NCBI GenBank assembly: GCA_010093815.1
Contig: ML996576.1
Source: Pseudovirgaria hyperparasitica
Taxonomy: Eukaryota
Length of the DNA: 64,000 nt
Reading direction: 5' to 3' (one strand)
The translations under genes were made by a program, and so were the position numbers. The notes beneath the pieces are model-generated. The model was not told where the DNA came from. It made no database searches and saw only the letters and a program-made list of their open reading frames with translations. The first letter of the stretch is position 1, and every line of letters begins with the position of its first letter. Shown here in pieces: positions 23,292 to 37,658 of the stretch.

Positions 23292-25303
23292 CTACTCGTC
23301 ATAAGTGGCCCTCTTCTTCTGTAGAGCACGCTTGTTGCCTTTGAAGTGCTTCTTGCTGTTCAGCCTGAGATCAGCTGGATCCACGTCACGTTCCAATGCA
23401 ATCATAGTCTTTTGTTTGCGACCTGTGAGCTGTTTCCCATTGGCCAAGTTCGATGGAACTGTGAAATGCCCGGCATTGCCTTGAGGCGCAAAGAACCTCT
23501 TGTCAATCCCCTTGGACTTCTCGCCCTGGACAGGAGGCAGTGGTTCTAGATCAGGACCATCAATCAACGAGGGATCTTCTGAGCCAGCCATCGAGCCATC
23601 TGCGTGAATCGCATACGCTGCCCTTCTCTTTTGTGGCAGATGTTCTTCATCGTAGAGGTCGCGATTGAAATGTCGTCCATCGATGGGAGGGTCACTTGGA
23701 GGCGGATGGCAGTAAAGCAACTTCCCTTTGACATAGTCCTTGAGGATGTAACGCGCAGCTCTTGATTCATCGGGTTGACCCAAACCTTGAGTTGAGAAGC
23801 CCCTAGCAGTTGCATAAGCTCTTAACATTTCCTCTGCTGTGGGTACCCCAGTACCGCCTTCTTCCAGTGGCCTTGTTTGAATCTTCATACCATATATGGC
23901 TTCAAGGAATGTCTGAGGGATGCGATGTGCCACCAGTCCTGCTGGACCGGTAAACTCTCGCAGCTGATCGATTGGCAATACACCGCTACAGACAAGCTCG
24001 GCTTTTATAGTGGCAAAGTTTGGAAACACCAGACCCGGACAATCGCATAGTATAACCTCATCGCTAAGATGAATGGTCTGGAAATGCTTTGTCTTTCCAG
24101 GCGTCGCGGACACCGACACTTTCTTCGCACCGATAAGTGCGTTGATAGTAGACGATTTGCCCACATTCGGATATCCGACAAGCCCGATTGAAGTCTTTCG
24201 TATCTGCCCATCTGGTCCAGTGTCCACATCCGGTGCGTGTTTCAGGAATAGTGCTTCCAGGTCATCAGTTGTCAATATCCGTGTCGGATCATCGTCCAAT
24301 TCCGGGCTGTCCACAATATCTTCTTCACGCAGCAATTCCTTATCCTCGCCTGCTTCATATTCTACGTCTAATTTCTTGGTTTGTTCTGCGAGTTCGTCGG
24401 CGTCTGCTTCTTGTTGTTCACCATACCCTGAGTAGTCACTCTCGTTTCCCTCTTCCATCTCCCGGGCCTCATTCAACTCTTTCGCTAATTCTGCGGAAAA
24501 GAACTTGTAATTTATTCCGGCAGACTGAAAGTAGTTGGCCCAGGCTTGTCGCTGTTCTAGCGTCATCATATCGGCTTTGTTGACCAGAAGCAAGTTGTTC
24601 TTCTTGGGATCCACCTCCTTTACATAGTTTTCTAAATCTTCCGATCGGAACAGTAAAGGATTGCGAGCATCTACAATCTGTACCACTAGATCCGAACGTT
24701 CGATGACTCTCCATAGCTGACGCCACACTTCGAGATTCCGCTCGAATGGCGTCATAAGAAGGTCGTTATTCTCCTGTAGCTCTGCAAGACCTCTTCGCCA
24801 ATCCATGAGGGATGCTTTTTCCATGGAGTCCAGCTCCTGTGGCGTGGTCTTCTCATCCCATGCCGGTCGCCTCGGCACAGTCAGGCGCTTCTTGTTCTCC
24901 TTGTGCTTTTTTATGGTGGCGTGTTCCTCTGTAGCTGATAACAGGTATGGGTTCTTCTGATCTTTGTGAATGATCTTAACGTTATTCATCTTTTGCGCCG
25001 TGAAATCTGTGCCGGCCAGATCCGCGGTGCTGAGAAATTCATCAAGGTCAGCTTGCTCGGTGACACTGCGCATTTTCACCCATGATGCCTCTTTCTTTGC
25101 AACGGAAACATACTAAACTTCTGATTAGTTGCCAGAAGGTCACAGTCATTAAGTACTCTTACAGTATCTCCGTTCTGATCTGTTCGTCGTATGCCTTCTT
25201 TGGGATTTCCTCTTCGCATATCCGATCCTTTGTTGTTCCCGAATCGGTCATTCATGAGGCTGTTTCCCAGCCCCACGGAGTTCTTGGACTTCGGAAGCAC
25301 CAT
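23292..25303 (-). CDS. LSG1: Large ribosomal subunit export GTPase Lsg1
   Basis: MVLPKSKNSVGLGNSLMNDRFG exon, one intron, then TPFERNLEVWRQLWRVIERSD, NKAD (G4), GYPNVGKSS (G1), DCPG (G3) in circularly permuted order. Confidence 0.95.
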
Positions 25304-25611
25304 ATTGTCTAATACTCAGACTGTCTAGATTTGTTTCGCAGTGTTGTAGAAGATTCGCGCTCGTGCATTGGCTACCTTTGGTGGGTGTGCCTAACTTTAT
25401 TTTGGCAGCGGGGCGGGCTATGGTGGGGACGTCATTTAGAATTTCATCTTGAGCCTTAGGCAGTCACAAAATACTTAGTAAGCAAAACATGCTCGAAATT
25501 GGCTGTACATCAAATTTATCTAGCAAATCAATGCCATCCAATGATGAGAGGCATAGGATCACAGCCCCTTGCTTCCCGTTGTATGAAACTCACAAGTATA
25601 AAACAGTCCTT

Positions 25612-27694
25612 TCAATCTACGCGTTCGCTGTCTACCTTAAGGTCCTCGTCGCCATCGAACACTCTGGTGGTAAGATAGGCAGCAAGGAGGGCACATGTGC
25701 CACCGAATCTCAGAACCCATTCTACGCTGTGATCATCCGGAGAACCTCTGGGTTTCTGTAGCGCTTTGAAGATACCACTACTGATCAAAGTTGCAAGTAC
25801 CTGCGGTGCTGAGATAGCGACGTTATGAATACCCAGTACCACACCGGCCTGGTCTGCGGTGTCGTCCTCGCCATGCGCCAGTAATTGTCCATCTCGCGTG
25901 GGTGGTGCACGAATAAGGCCGCGGCGTATTGCATCACGTTTTGAGACCTCTGCGCTGATCAGTGCAAAAGGAGCCCATTGTGTAAGAGCCCATGGGATTC
26001 CGATCAACGCAATCAGAACCGTCGCCGCCGTGACTGTCCGAACGAATATAGTAAGCCACATTGCTATTGCAAATAGGACATGCGAGAACATCCATGCTCG
26101 TCGGATTGTCAGAGATCTGATCCGCAAATGGCTAAGCAAGTCATGTACACGTTGGGCCATGGACTTTATTTTGGACTTTCGTTCAGTAGCAGCAAAATAG
26201 CTGCTGTTCTGCGAGTTTGAAAGACTGTTCGGCGTATTAGGCGTCAATGGTGTTGGGACTGTTCGCTCAGGTGGCTGAAAGGTCGGGGTGATAATGAACG
26301 GTAAGAAGACCGACGCAGCGAACGTTGTCAACGCAAAGATGAACAGCGCGAGTGTGGCAACACGAGTGGCTTTCTCCATCAGTCGATCGATTTCTTCCTC
26401 AGTCATATTGGGATTTTCTTTAAAGAAGGGGTCCGCATAGACCTCGCCGAGATATGTCGTTGTGTAAAAAAGAAAAGGGAACCAACCAATCCAGGCAGCG
26501 CATTGTACTTGACAAACGCGTACAACCTGTTTCGGAAGGCGACCAAAGGATTTGATCAGCGACCTAAAGAAGGCTGCGACGCTCTCATCTGCGTTCGATG
26601 AGCCTTCGGCACGAGCATCTCGCTCATGTACGGATGCACAGCTAATCGTTACACTAAGTGCAAGTGCGAAGCAAGTGATCGCGCTAAGGACCTTGAATTG
26701 GCTGTAGCCAAGCCATGGTAAATATTTGGGAAGGTTCACGAAGCCTGCGAGATAGCCAATGATGTTTCCCATGCCGCTACTTCTCGCGATCCATGCGTTG
26801 GCTTCTTCTTGCTGATGGGTAGGAGCGCAGTCCGCGACAAAAGCACGTATACCTGCTTGCACTGCAACGCAAGTCAATTTTGGGGGCATGAGTGAATAGC
26901 ATGACTTACTGGTATTAATGGCAAAGTCAAGCACGTATATCATGACAACGGCAAACATGATGATAGAGTTCTTGACACCTCCAGATTCAGGCTTCGCACC
27001 AAAGATGGCCAAGAAGCCACCCACAAGCTCTCTTGCCCACGACAATAGTAAGAGTGACACTAAGGTCGCGAAGGCGCCCCCAACAATGAAAGGTCTGCGT
27101 TTACCGAAGCGGCTGCGGCTTCGATCACTGACCATGCCAACGTATGGTTGTACTATGACGCCAGAAAGAGGTGCAGCTATCCAGACGAGTGCTAAGAATG
27201 ACTTGCTTACACCAAGAGACAATAAATAGGGCTTGTGGGTCTGTTAGATTGGCTATACTCTAGGACCAAGAATACTTACTGAACCGTAAGCCATCTCGAC
27301 TGACCAGGACATTTGAAGACTGTGAATCCTTGTCAGATCTCTGCAGGGCTATACAGCACCTTTCCTCCACTCACCCAACACCCGTCAGAGTCAACAGAAG
27401 CAAGTACCAGCTGCTTTTACTTTGTTCATACTGCCCTGTCTGCCAGTCGTCGTCTCTCAGCGGCGAGACAACTTTTAGACTTGACCCATCCTCCGATGAT
27501 CTTGCTACTAGCAGCGGAGATTGCTCATTTGTGACCTCAGTACTGGTCCGTACAGTACTGTGTGAGTCGCGTCGAAAGGCGACCGTCTTGATCGGGGGTT
27601 GTGCTCTGTCGGAAGACGAAGGGTTCGTAGTTGATGACGAAGGGCTGTCTACAGGATGGGGTTGATGTAACCGATCAGTCTTTGGAGGCGTCAT
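25612..27694 (-). CDS. Sucrose/alpha-glucoside:H+ symporter (GPH family, Sut1-like)
   Basis: Multi-exon. WSVEMAYG.PYLLSLG, WIAAPLSG..VQPYVG..SDR.RSRFGKRRPF, WIGWFPFLFYTT, AGVVLGIHNVAISAPQ. Confidence 0.9.
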
Positions 27695-28535
27695 GACGAG
27701 GTAGCTCAGAGCTGAGTCAAGGTCGAAGGGTTGAGCAAGGAGAGTGCTGTTCACACTCCAAGTCTTGACGATCTAGTGATGTTTATGAAGAAGACGATAT
27801 GGATTATAGGCGTTGTAGAGCTGTATTCAAATGAGACCGAATCTATAGGCCGCACAGCTGCCATGTCGTGGACGACCAGATGAGCGGAGGTTAGGGTGAG
27901 ACAACCGGAGGACAACAGCACGAGGTGCAGAAACGAGTCAGGAAGGTTTCATTGCTGACAAGTCAGGATACCAAGGTAATAGGAGTTATAACATGGGCAA
28001 GTAGATATGTTGATGGTAATGACACATAAAACAGCACAAGCGTAGCCAGACCTGTATTTATGGATAGCTGTTAGCTGTTCCTGCATGTGGACTGGGGCTG
28101 TAACGTTAGTCAGGTCTAGCCTCAGGCCCACAGATCTTAGTTAGGTGTGGGGGAAGTCGGAAGTCGGCCCGTCTCTTAGAAGCTTCCGGTCTGCTTCTGC
28201 GTCTGCGTCTGCGTGGTTTGCATTCGTGTTCTCTAATTATAACGTGTATGTCGAAGCCTATTGTCTGTCTTGTTGCTAGAAATATCAACACGGAAACACT
28301 ATCTCGATCTTGGAACACACTTTTTCCTTCAACACACGCTAACCCAGGACGTCGCTAATATCGATTCGCTCTTTGCGTGCTCTTTGCGCACAAGCGCGCC
28401 CGCCAAAACCAACGGGTACCTTGTTCGAAGTCTTATGTCAACCTAAGGCCAGGTCGTCCTGCGCTTGTCAATGAACCTCGCCTTGACGGCGCTTGTTGGA
28501 AGTTATCATATGGGCAGACGTCCGTCGTAACTATC

Positions 28536-30752
28536 ATGGCGTCGACTCTGGGGTGGGCAGCTATGGAGCTCCTGAGTACGTTGTCTATAGCGCGAGGAGC
28601 AGTGCATTGCTAATATGCGGTCATAGAACGTGAAGCAGAGGATCCCAACTCCGATGGTCAGTCCTTCGAATATACTCCTCGAAATCACTGTCTCCCGGTG
28701 CAATACTTAACATCTTTACAGAGGAACCCGAGGCTGGTCAGAAAGAGATATTCGCATCGTGGTCACTTCTCATCCTGATAACACTCCTCATAATTGCGCT
28801 GTTTACAAGCTATGTCTTACAGACTAGAAAGATACAGGCAGTACACGAGACAGTTGTATCCATATTTGCTGGTACGTTATGGTACAATGCCTTGATGAAA
28901 TAGTAGACTGAACACTACTAGGCATGATTATTGGTCTCATTCTCCGACTAACAGCTGTCAAATTCGTCCTCGGCGCTGTGAGCTTCGACTACCAGTTCTT
29001 CTTCAACCTTTTGCTTCCTCCTATCATCCTCGCCTCAGGATATGAGCTGCATCAGGTCAGTCGTGAACTCAAGATAGCAGCGAGAGCTACGGACTGACAA
29101 GTCGCAGGGTAATTTCTTCCGTAATATCGGCTCGATCCTGACTTTTGCTTTTGCTGGCACATTCATTTCTGCCCTTGTTCTGGGTGTGATACTTTGGCTT
29201 TGGACCCGGATACCTTTCGACGGATTCTCGATATCATTCGTTGAGGCCATGTCTGTTGGCGCCACCTTGTCTGCAACAGACCCGGTCACAATTCTAGCCA
29301 TCTTCAACACTTACAAAGTCGATCCGAAGCTTTATACAATCATCTTCGGGGAGTCGATACTGAACGACGCCATAGCAATTGTGCTTTTTGAAACGGCCCA
29401 GAAATACAAGTCTGGCGACAATGAAGGGAAGACGCTCAACATATTCACTGTGTTTGAAAGCATTGGAATCTTCTTGGTAGTATTCTTTGCTAGCCTCGTG
29501 ATTGGACTGTTGGTCGGTATCGCAACATCGCTCTTACTAAAGTTCACCCATGTGAGGCGATTCCCCAAGACTGAAAGCTGTCTTATCCTACTCATTGCAT
29601 ACGCGTGCTATTTCTTTTCCAATGCCATTCATATGTCAGGTAGGTAAAAAAATTCGCCATCAATGGACTTGCCTAACTTGGATAGGAATTGTGTCCTTGC
29701 TATTCTGCGGAATATGTTTAAAGCACTACGCGTATCACAACATGTCCAGGCGCACCCAGCTCACGACAAAATTCATATTCCAGATTATGGCGCAATTATC
29801 GGAGAACTTCATCTTCATCTACCTCGGTCTATCATTGTTCACCGAGGACACTCTCGAGTACAAACCTCTCTTCATATTGATCACAGTATTTGGAATTTGC
29901 GCTGCAAGGTGGTGTGCAGTCTTCCCTCTGTCCGCTTTGATCAATGCGGCCATCCGATATCGTGCCCGCCGCCGCAATCAACCAGCTGAGGAGATCCCTT
30001 GGTCCCATCAGGCCATGTTGTTTTGGGCTGGACTTCGTGGAGCTGTAGGCGTGGCTTTAGCTGCTGGACTCAGCGGTCCTAATGGCTCAGCTTTACGCGC
30101 CACAGTATTGGTTGTGGTTGTTCTGACCGTTATCATATTCGGTGGTACTACCGCTCGAATGCTCGAGATTCTAGGCATCCGGACGGGTATTGTAGAGGAG
30201 ATTGATTCGGACGATGAATTCGACATCGAGGTCGTCCAATCAGGCACGTACGTTCGGAAGGCTGGAAACGGTATTGGTAACGTTCCTCGGGGGTCAAATG
30301 GATTTGCGCTATCACAGGTTGGGTCCGGCGGCGACCGACACATCAGCAGCAGCGGCGCCCATCGTCCAAATGGCGCTTCTCGTCGTAATTCGAGCCGTAC
30401 TAGTCTTAGAGACGGCGCTGAACAGGGGCTGTTGCATCCAAGTGACAGCGGTAGCGGCAGCACCGACGACGACGACGCTGACTTGGACTTGCCGCCTTCT
30501 GTGCGAAGATCTCCAAATCGCATGGCATCGCCACTGCACGATGCCGAAAGCACACCATACCCAACGTCTGGTAAGACTACAGCCGCTACTAGCGAGCCCT
30601 CGAGACTTGCTACTGCATCTGGAGCCATTCGTGATCTTTTCCATGGTATCAGCGAAGATCCTGCGGCTGCTTTCAGACAAATCGATGAAGGTTTCATCAA
30701 ACCAAATTTGTTACTGGACCCGAACAATGGTAAAGGACCAGGGGCCGTCTAA
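28536..30752 (+). CDS. NHX1: Endosomal/prevacuolar Na+(K+)/H+ exchanger
   Basis: Multi-exon. FFNLLLPPIILASGY, SATDPVTILAIF, IFGESILNDA, ENFIFIYLG, WAGLRGAVGVAL. Confidence 0.93.
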
Positions 30753-32078
30753 CTTTTCCCGATTCTTGCACATTTACCATTCAATGTATTATGATTTCAC
30801 ACATTTTTGGTCTGGACGTATCGAGCATGAGTTCGATAAAACTATAGTCGCCTACCACTGGATAGAGTAGCGGCTGCACATATGGCGTTCGGATGACTAC
30901 AAAGTTACTCTAGGGACCAAAGTGGCACATTGTCCTCGAATGTCTCTCCTACCATAGGCAGTCTGGAAGTATTCTGATCATCTGGCAGTAGCAACACCTG
31001 TCAAACTATTGTATGTTTACATCTTCGAGCCGACGGTCTGCCCTGCGTGAGTGATATCCAGTGACTTCCGGCTTGTACCGCACCACATACGAATTCATCG
31101 TGAGCAGTTATCTGTGCTTATTTCATATCACCGGTTCGACGGAAAAATTTCACGTCGATCACATGAACAAATAGACACATTGCCTGGAGCTATACTCGAA
31201 TATCTGGGGCCAGCATTTAGGATAAATGGCTTTGCGGTGTGGCGACTTGGCGCAAGATGGATATTAATTAGCCCAACAACCTTGGTGCAACAACATTCCA
31301 TCAACACAGGTACATTACCGTCAACCTTCGCTTCTATCACATGGAGCCATCTATTCTCGCTTTCTATGGCTATGTGCTGTATAGTACCTTGAACTATAGC
31401 CATGGGGTCAGCCGGACCGACTGCAGCTTCTCATTGTCCTTTGATCAGAACCTAGTCTTTTCACTGGTCGAGGATGCATAGATAGAGCTGTGCATTCTTA
31501 CTGCTCCCGAGTCGTCGGAGAAGAAAGCCGCCGCAATATACCACAGCCATGACGGTCGACCACCATACTGGTGCCAGCATACGAGTGTCTAAAGCGTCAA
31601 TCAAGTTGAGCTTCGTTACAGGGCATAGAGTCGTTTAGATTGTATAATCGAAGGCATCAGATATGGAAGACTGGCATGCCATCTTTCTTCAACACATGGG
31701 ACCACGACGCTCCCATTACAGGCTGAGTGAATTTCTACAGGTCTGAATCATATGCATCGAGACCTTTGCTACACTCTACCGAACAGATGTGGCGTCACAA
31801 TCGTCATAGTCATGGGGCTCCGCATAAGCCTCATGTGGTCTCAGGTATATTGAGGAGCCTCAATTACCGCCAAATCTCATTTAACACTACTTTACCAATA
31901 CCATCTAGCTGATGCCTTCCTATCAATAGGATTCAACTACAACCATTCGGATGCTTCCAACAGGACGGGTCTGTCTGGACTACAGTGAGTGTAAGTAGTT
32001 AGCGATTGGTCAGTCACAGATATAGAGCATATTGCACTTGCGACTTTCGTTTACGGGCATGCCTCTTGTCCTGTAATG

Positions 32079-32271
32079 CCACATATGGTCGTCTATCATG
32101 GTAGGACGGTTCCTGGGACACGTCTCGCATGGAGATTAGCCAGTGCAGCTTAAATCATCGGTCATATTCCCTTGCTCATCCGGCCCTGATCCCGAATTAC
32201 AAATTGAATATTACGCAATAACGAAAGTAGTCGAGCCAGGGCACTGCAATCATTCACGGTACAGTTATAAA
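32079..32271 (+). promoter_or_regulatory. Cellulase-type promoter motifs: CArG-like 32079-32088, XlnR GGCTAA (minus) 32136-32141, CGGN8CCG 32181-32194, TATAAA 32266-32271
   Basis: All motifs read directly within about 270 nt upstream of the GH6 ATG. Confidence 0.55.
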
Positions 32272-32340
32272 GCATCGAGCTGCTCCCTTGAGCTCGAGTA
32301 TACCAGCACACATAGCATCTGATATCTTGCTACCGACATC

Positions 32341-33672
32341 ATGAAGTACATTCTCGGTGCCGTGGCTGCGTTTGCTACCGCTTCACTGGCTGCTCCAGCT
32401 CTTGAGGTCGCACCTCGTCAGGCTTCTGGCTGTGCTTCTCCGGTCACTCTCACTGGCAATCCATTTGCGTCAAAGACACTGCATCCAAACAACTTCTACC
32501 GCGCAGAAGTCACCGCTGCCGCAGCTGCAATTAGTGATGCAAGTCTGAAGGCTTCTGCCCTGAAGGTTGCCAACGTAGGATCCTTTCTGTGGATGTGGGT
32601 TCCCCTATCCTGTACAGTCAAGCAGAAACTGACTTTCTCGATAGCGACACCATTGCGAATATTGCCAGGATCGAGCCAGCGCTCAAAGACGTGCCATGCA
32701 ACAACATCTTGGGTCTTGTCATCTACGATCTGCCAGGACGTGATTGTGCTGCCAAGGCCTCCAATGGAGAGCTCCCAGTGGGATCAATCAACCGTTATAA
32801 GACCGAATACATTGACCGTGAGCTTCACATGACTTGAAGATGAATAACTTCCAGCTGACCAAACGAACAGCCATTGTCAAGCTGATCAAGGCACACCCCA
32901 ATACCGCCTTCGCCCTCGTCATCGAGCCCGACTCGCTTCCTAACCTGGTAACCAACGCCAACCTTGCTACCTGTCAGAGCTCTGCCTCTGGCTATCGTGA
33001 GGGCGTTGCCTATGCCTTGAAGAATTTGAACCTCCCGAACGTCATCATGTACCTCGACGCCGGACATGGCGGCTGGCTCGGCTGGGACGCAAACCTAAGT
33101 ACACACATCCCGGTCTAACATCTAAACCGTCTCCGCATACTAACCTTGCAACAGCTCCAGGCGCACAAGAACTCGCATCGGCATGGAAGAACGCCGGCTC
33201 ACCCGCCCAACTCCGTGGCGTCTCCTCCAACGTCGCCGGATGGAACGCATGGATCAAAACCCCCGGCGAATTCGAAAACACGCCAGACGGGAAGTACAAC
33301 AAGGCGCAAGACGAGAAGCGCTACGTGCAGTACTTTGGTGCGGCACTGGCAGCGGCCGGGATGCCGAACAAGTTCATCGTCGACACGGGCCGCAACGCCG
33401 TGCAGGGCCTGCGTCTGGAGTGGGGTGACTGGTGCAATGTCAACGGCGCGGGCTTCGGGGTGCGGCCGACGAGCAACACGGGCGATGCTGGCGTGGATGC
33501 GTTCGTGTGGGTGAAGCCGGGTGGTGAGAGTGATGGCACGAGCGATACGAGCGCGGTCAGGTATGATTCGTTCTGTGGCAAGAATGATGCGTACAAGCCG
33601 GCGCCTGAGGCTGGCACGTGGAATCAAGCTTACTTTGAGATGTTGCTCCGGAATGCGAAGCCGGCGTTTTGA
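32341..33672 (+). CDS. GH6 cellobiohydrolase (Cel6/CBHII type) without CBM1
   Basis: Signal peptide followed directly by the catalytic domain. VIYDLPGRDC, IEPDSLPNLVTN, YLDAGHGGWLGW, WGDWCN, WVKPGGESDGTSD, PEAGTWNQAYF; three introns. Confidence 0.95.
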
Positions 33673-34259
33673 GGATGGGGAGGACGGGGAGGATGGGGAG
33701 AATCGGAATGGCTGTGTTATGGGATAGAACCCCGGCGCGTCGCGGCTTTGTTTGTATATACTGTTTTGTTGGAGGGGATAGTTAGATTGTCAGTTTGAAA
33801 TATGGACATCACTCGTTGTATGCATGACTCCACGTTCCTTGTGTCAATGAGTGAAATTCTACAAGCAGTGTCCTTCCGATATCGTTAACGACCTGTGCCT
33901 GGTGAAGGAAGCTCAACAAGACCAATCCGCTACCCTGCCAGGTCTCAGACGCTGTGAATGATAGACTCCCTCTGCCTACCCGGCGGCAGTCTTTAGGAAT
34001 ATATATATTAAGCACCCCAGGCCCTCCCTCTCTCCCTCCTCCGCAAGAACAGAAAGAACAAGACTACACAGACACACACTTCTCCAATTCAGTCTTGGCG
34101 TACTACCACATGATGGACGTCTTCTTTCGGCCCTACACGACGTTCCTGGCAAGATATATAGTAACGAAGTCGATGGTGGGGTTCTCCGTTCGTCGAAGCG
34201 TACAAAAGTGGTAATGGAGAGCATCATTTTCTTGTATTGATGGTGGTGGTAGTAGTGCT

Positions 34260-34260
34260 T

Positions 34261-34303
<43 letters not shown>
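34260..34303. repeat. (ATC)14 microsatellite
   Basis: Perfect ATC run in intergenic DNA. Confidence 0.95.
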
Positions 34304-37300
34304 CGACATACCACACGAACCATAAGACCATCCAATGTCTCTGCTTTCCATTACACTTGATCTTCTGTTCGTTCCTTAGTTCTACACAGTCATTTGACGC
34401 AGAAAAGGTACGAAAAGAAAGAAATGGAAAGCATGGCACAAAGGCATCGGATGCATAATTTTTATTAATAAGTGTGCATGTAAGTCTGGCTGGATATCAC
34501 CGGGTAGATGGATGGTGCATGTGGTTTCAAGCAGTGTAGTGTAGTTTAGTATCCAAATCGAGAAGGAATGACTTATAAATAAGTAAATCGGATATGCAGG
34601 AATGGAAAGTGAGCGCCGGGTAGGCTCTGAGAGAGAGCTCTCAATGAATGGGCCTTTCACAAGCGCGAACTATTATATCACTATTCACGGTGTCCACGCC
34701 CAGCAACCCAGCACTTCGCGAACACCACAGACACATATAAAACATATAAACGCCGTCTCTAGCTTATCATATCCCATCTTATATTTCCACTCCACACTCT
34801 GTGCATTCCATGTCAAGCAAATGACATCCCACAGAAGTGCCAGCGATTCACAAAGCGATTTCCCGGCCCGCATGTGTGTGCTGTGTGTGTTAGTAACCAC
34901 CGCGACGAAGGGTAGTTCATGAAGTTTGGAGGGCGGTGATAGGGATCATCATCATGAAAGCCATCATCATCGTTGAGGGATGGTGATGTGAGATATTGCT
35001 GCCACGATGGTTCTTGCTCTTTTCGGAGGGCGTGATTGATACCTTGTAGTCAAGTATGCTTTTCATTTATCAGCCTAGAGCTAGAGACGCAGTGCGTTGT
35101 AAGGAGTCGTGCATGATGATGTTCGTGTTGCGTCGTGAGAGGAATGACGATTAACGTTGATTGATGAGCTGCTGCGGTGGTATGATTCGTCCACGGGGTA
35201 GTCAGTGTATTGCAACCTTCTTTTCACTGTCAGATCTGATTGATACGCAAACGAGCATGTGGATCACATTCCGTGCACGCGATTAGTACAGCACCATGAC
35301 CATAGTTTGTACAGATGGATAGATAATTGTAGTCGCACAGACCAAACCACAACAGCCCGATCGATCGAAACGCAAAGCCTCACAAAGACAATCTTCATCA
35401 GGCGTTCAGGACCAGGAAAGAGGTCTTCTAATTAGTCTTCTAGAACGCCAGAAAGGTAAGTAAGTAAGCACGAGCCCAAACTGCGCGCTAGAAACTGGGA
35501 GCTGGTGTCAAAGCACCTGGATTTTTGACATGTCTATATATAGTGTGTAAGAGGCGGTGAGATTCCAAGAGGAGACTAAAGTAGTAAACGTGCCTGCCAA
35601 ATCTCGGAATACATTGCTGTTCGTGCGCTATACAGGATTTATGGAGATGGGAGATGGCAATGGAGATACGACTAGATCAGGCAGAGCAAATGTATGCGTC
35701 ATCCAGAGATTGTGGCATTTCAACATCCATTCCTCGACATACATTCCAATCGACATCCATATCACAAACTCGGCCAGGGGCTCGTACCTTAATCACGGGG
35801 GTAAAAAAATGCCCCAAAGGGTTATTTATGTTCCAAGGAGGGGGGGTGAAGACACAATTACCGGGCGAACCCGTGCTCCGCTTAACTATATGTAGAGCGA
35901 AGGAATAAAGTCCGGAAGGGGGTCCGTTCGCTACGAGAGGAATTCTCCGAGATTAGGAGAGAGAGGGAGAACCGTGGGAATTTGTTCTTTGGCAGTAAGG
36001 GATGGATGACGGCTGACGGGTACCTGCAGCAGCTTGATTGAGCAATGCGAAAGCTGGGTGTCGTGGCTGAAGTCAAGCCGTCCCTCCTGTGGAGCGTTGG
36101 CAATGGTTGTTACTAATAAGGGGTGGTGCCTGACTGAGGTTCTTGTCGATGGGATCTGGATGTGATTGAATGCCAGCTAGTGACGATCACATGACCTCGC
36201 ATCAATCTCGTGATTTCTGCGAGATCCGAAATCAGAGAGAGAAAGAGAGAGGAGAGACGTTCTGAGCAGTGCGATGATCGTTCCGAGGGTGAAACAAGCC
36301 GAGCTGGCTACCGGAATCAAGAAATGGGATAGGCAGCGTGCGTGCTCGCAAAAAATCAGCCCGATCGCGAGACGTAGGGAAATGAGTAGATCGCAAAAGA
36401 AGACTACAGCCTAGAGAGAGCCCGATCACTTTGGGCAGGGATGACTAAAGCGCGAGCCCTAACCCACTAACTAACTAACTAATTAAGTATCAACCCTGTG
36501 CAATTGAAAAGGGAATTGGGAATGCCAATGCCAATGCCACGATGCAGGCAGTCGGATGGTGGAGCATTGTGGCAGCGGAGAGTTGGACGTTTGGCCGTGC
36601 GCCCTCACGCGAGCGCGCGCACGCCCATGCTCACACCCCAACATGACGTCGATGGTCTGCCCCACGGATCATCATGGCACTGAAGCCCCCTAATTAGGAA
36701 AGAAAAGAGTTTGACGAAGTGATGAAGAAGAGCAGAGTCTGAGAAGCACGCAAGAATGCCTCATGTCCTCCTAAGTGAGCATAACGGATCATGGTAACAC
36801 GGTCGACCAACGTGTAAGCAAGCAGGAGAACCGGCCAGGGAGGACGCGCCCCTCAATCAAGCCCATTCCGTGGTCGTAACTAGTACATAGTATTCTAATA
36901 TAGAAGTGCCGCGATCCGGCAGAGGCAGAACAGGGGTGTTCGTTTGGTTCTCAGGCAAAATGGCGATTGATCATGGACATGGTAATAGCACACCACACCA
37001 CCCTGTCTGCCTTATGGAGACGGCCGGTGCAGAGGAGAGTGAGAGAGTCAGTACTCATGAGTGTATGTGCTATGTAGAGGCAGCGTGTTACAAGATCCAT
37101 GTCTTGAGCACCAGCGTATCGGCCAAGACCGTGTCCGTGTTTTCACGAGATGCACTGGACGCGTTTCACTTTCGGTCGGGAGACACTGGGTATCTGGCAT
37201 TTCCTGGCACTTTCTGGCTTGACTGAGCTGAAGAAGAGAACGCGATCGAGATCGAGGTGACGGGCGCGACTTGTGAGCGACGCGTGCCCGACGGCAGCCA

Positions 37301-37658
37301 GTGAGAGGAGCAGGAAACATGTCCAGAACGAGGACGGGCTGAAGCTACGAGAGTAATTTTAGCCAATTGCATGGTAATAACGGGGATCTTTTGACGCCTT
37401 TCCTTGCTCTACCAGGCGGGTCGGTGCTTTTTGCTGCGTTGGCGCTGGTAGAAGGGCAGAAAAGGGAATAGAGGAGTCGAGAGTGGGTTGGACGCAAAAA
37501 AGCAAAAAAGAGCCTACACCCGCTACCATAACCGCCCAGTTTTCGCACCCTTTGCACCTTTTTTTTGTGACGCTCGACCTTCTCGCCGAAACCGCGCAGA
37601 CTCCCCCCCCCCCTCCAGCTCTCCAGCTCTCTTCTCCGCCCGCCCGCCAGCTGTTTCT

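Noticed and set aside
25461..25468. Homol-D box CAGTCACA upstream of LSG1
   Set aside because: Single instance; the same octamer occurs upstream of GH6 (32031) and I did not see it at RPL39.
30008..30870. Long antisense or alternate-frame ORFs over NHX1 (similar ones over the forkhead, SDR, ORC2 and COQ8 genes)
   Set aside because: Shadow ORFs produced by codon bias of the real genes.
33976..34458. Poly-Asp, poly-Met and poly-Ile ORFs
   Set aside because: Translations of the (ATC)n microsatellite.
36457..36482. CCCTAACCC as a telomerase RNA template or interstitial telomere
   Set aside because: It runs into a (CTAA)n microsatellite and I saw no supporting pseudoknot, Sm site or AUAAGU; a 9-mer can arise by chance.
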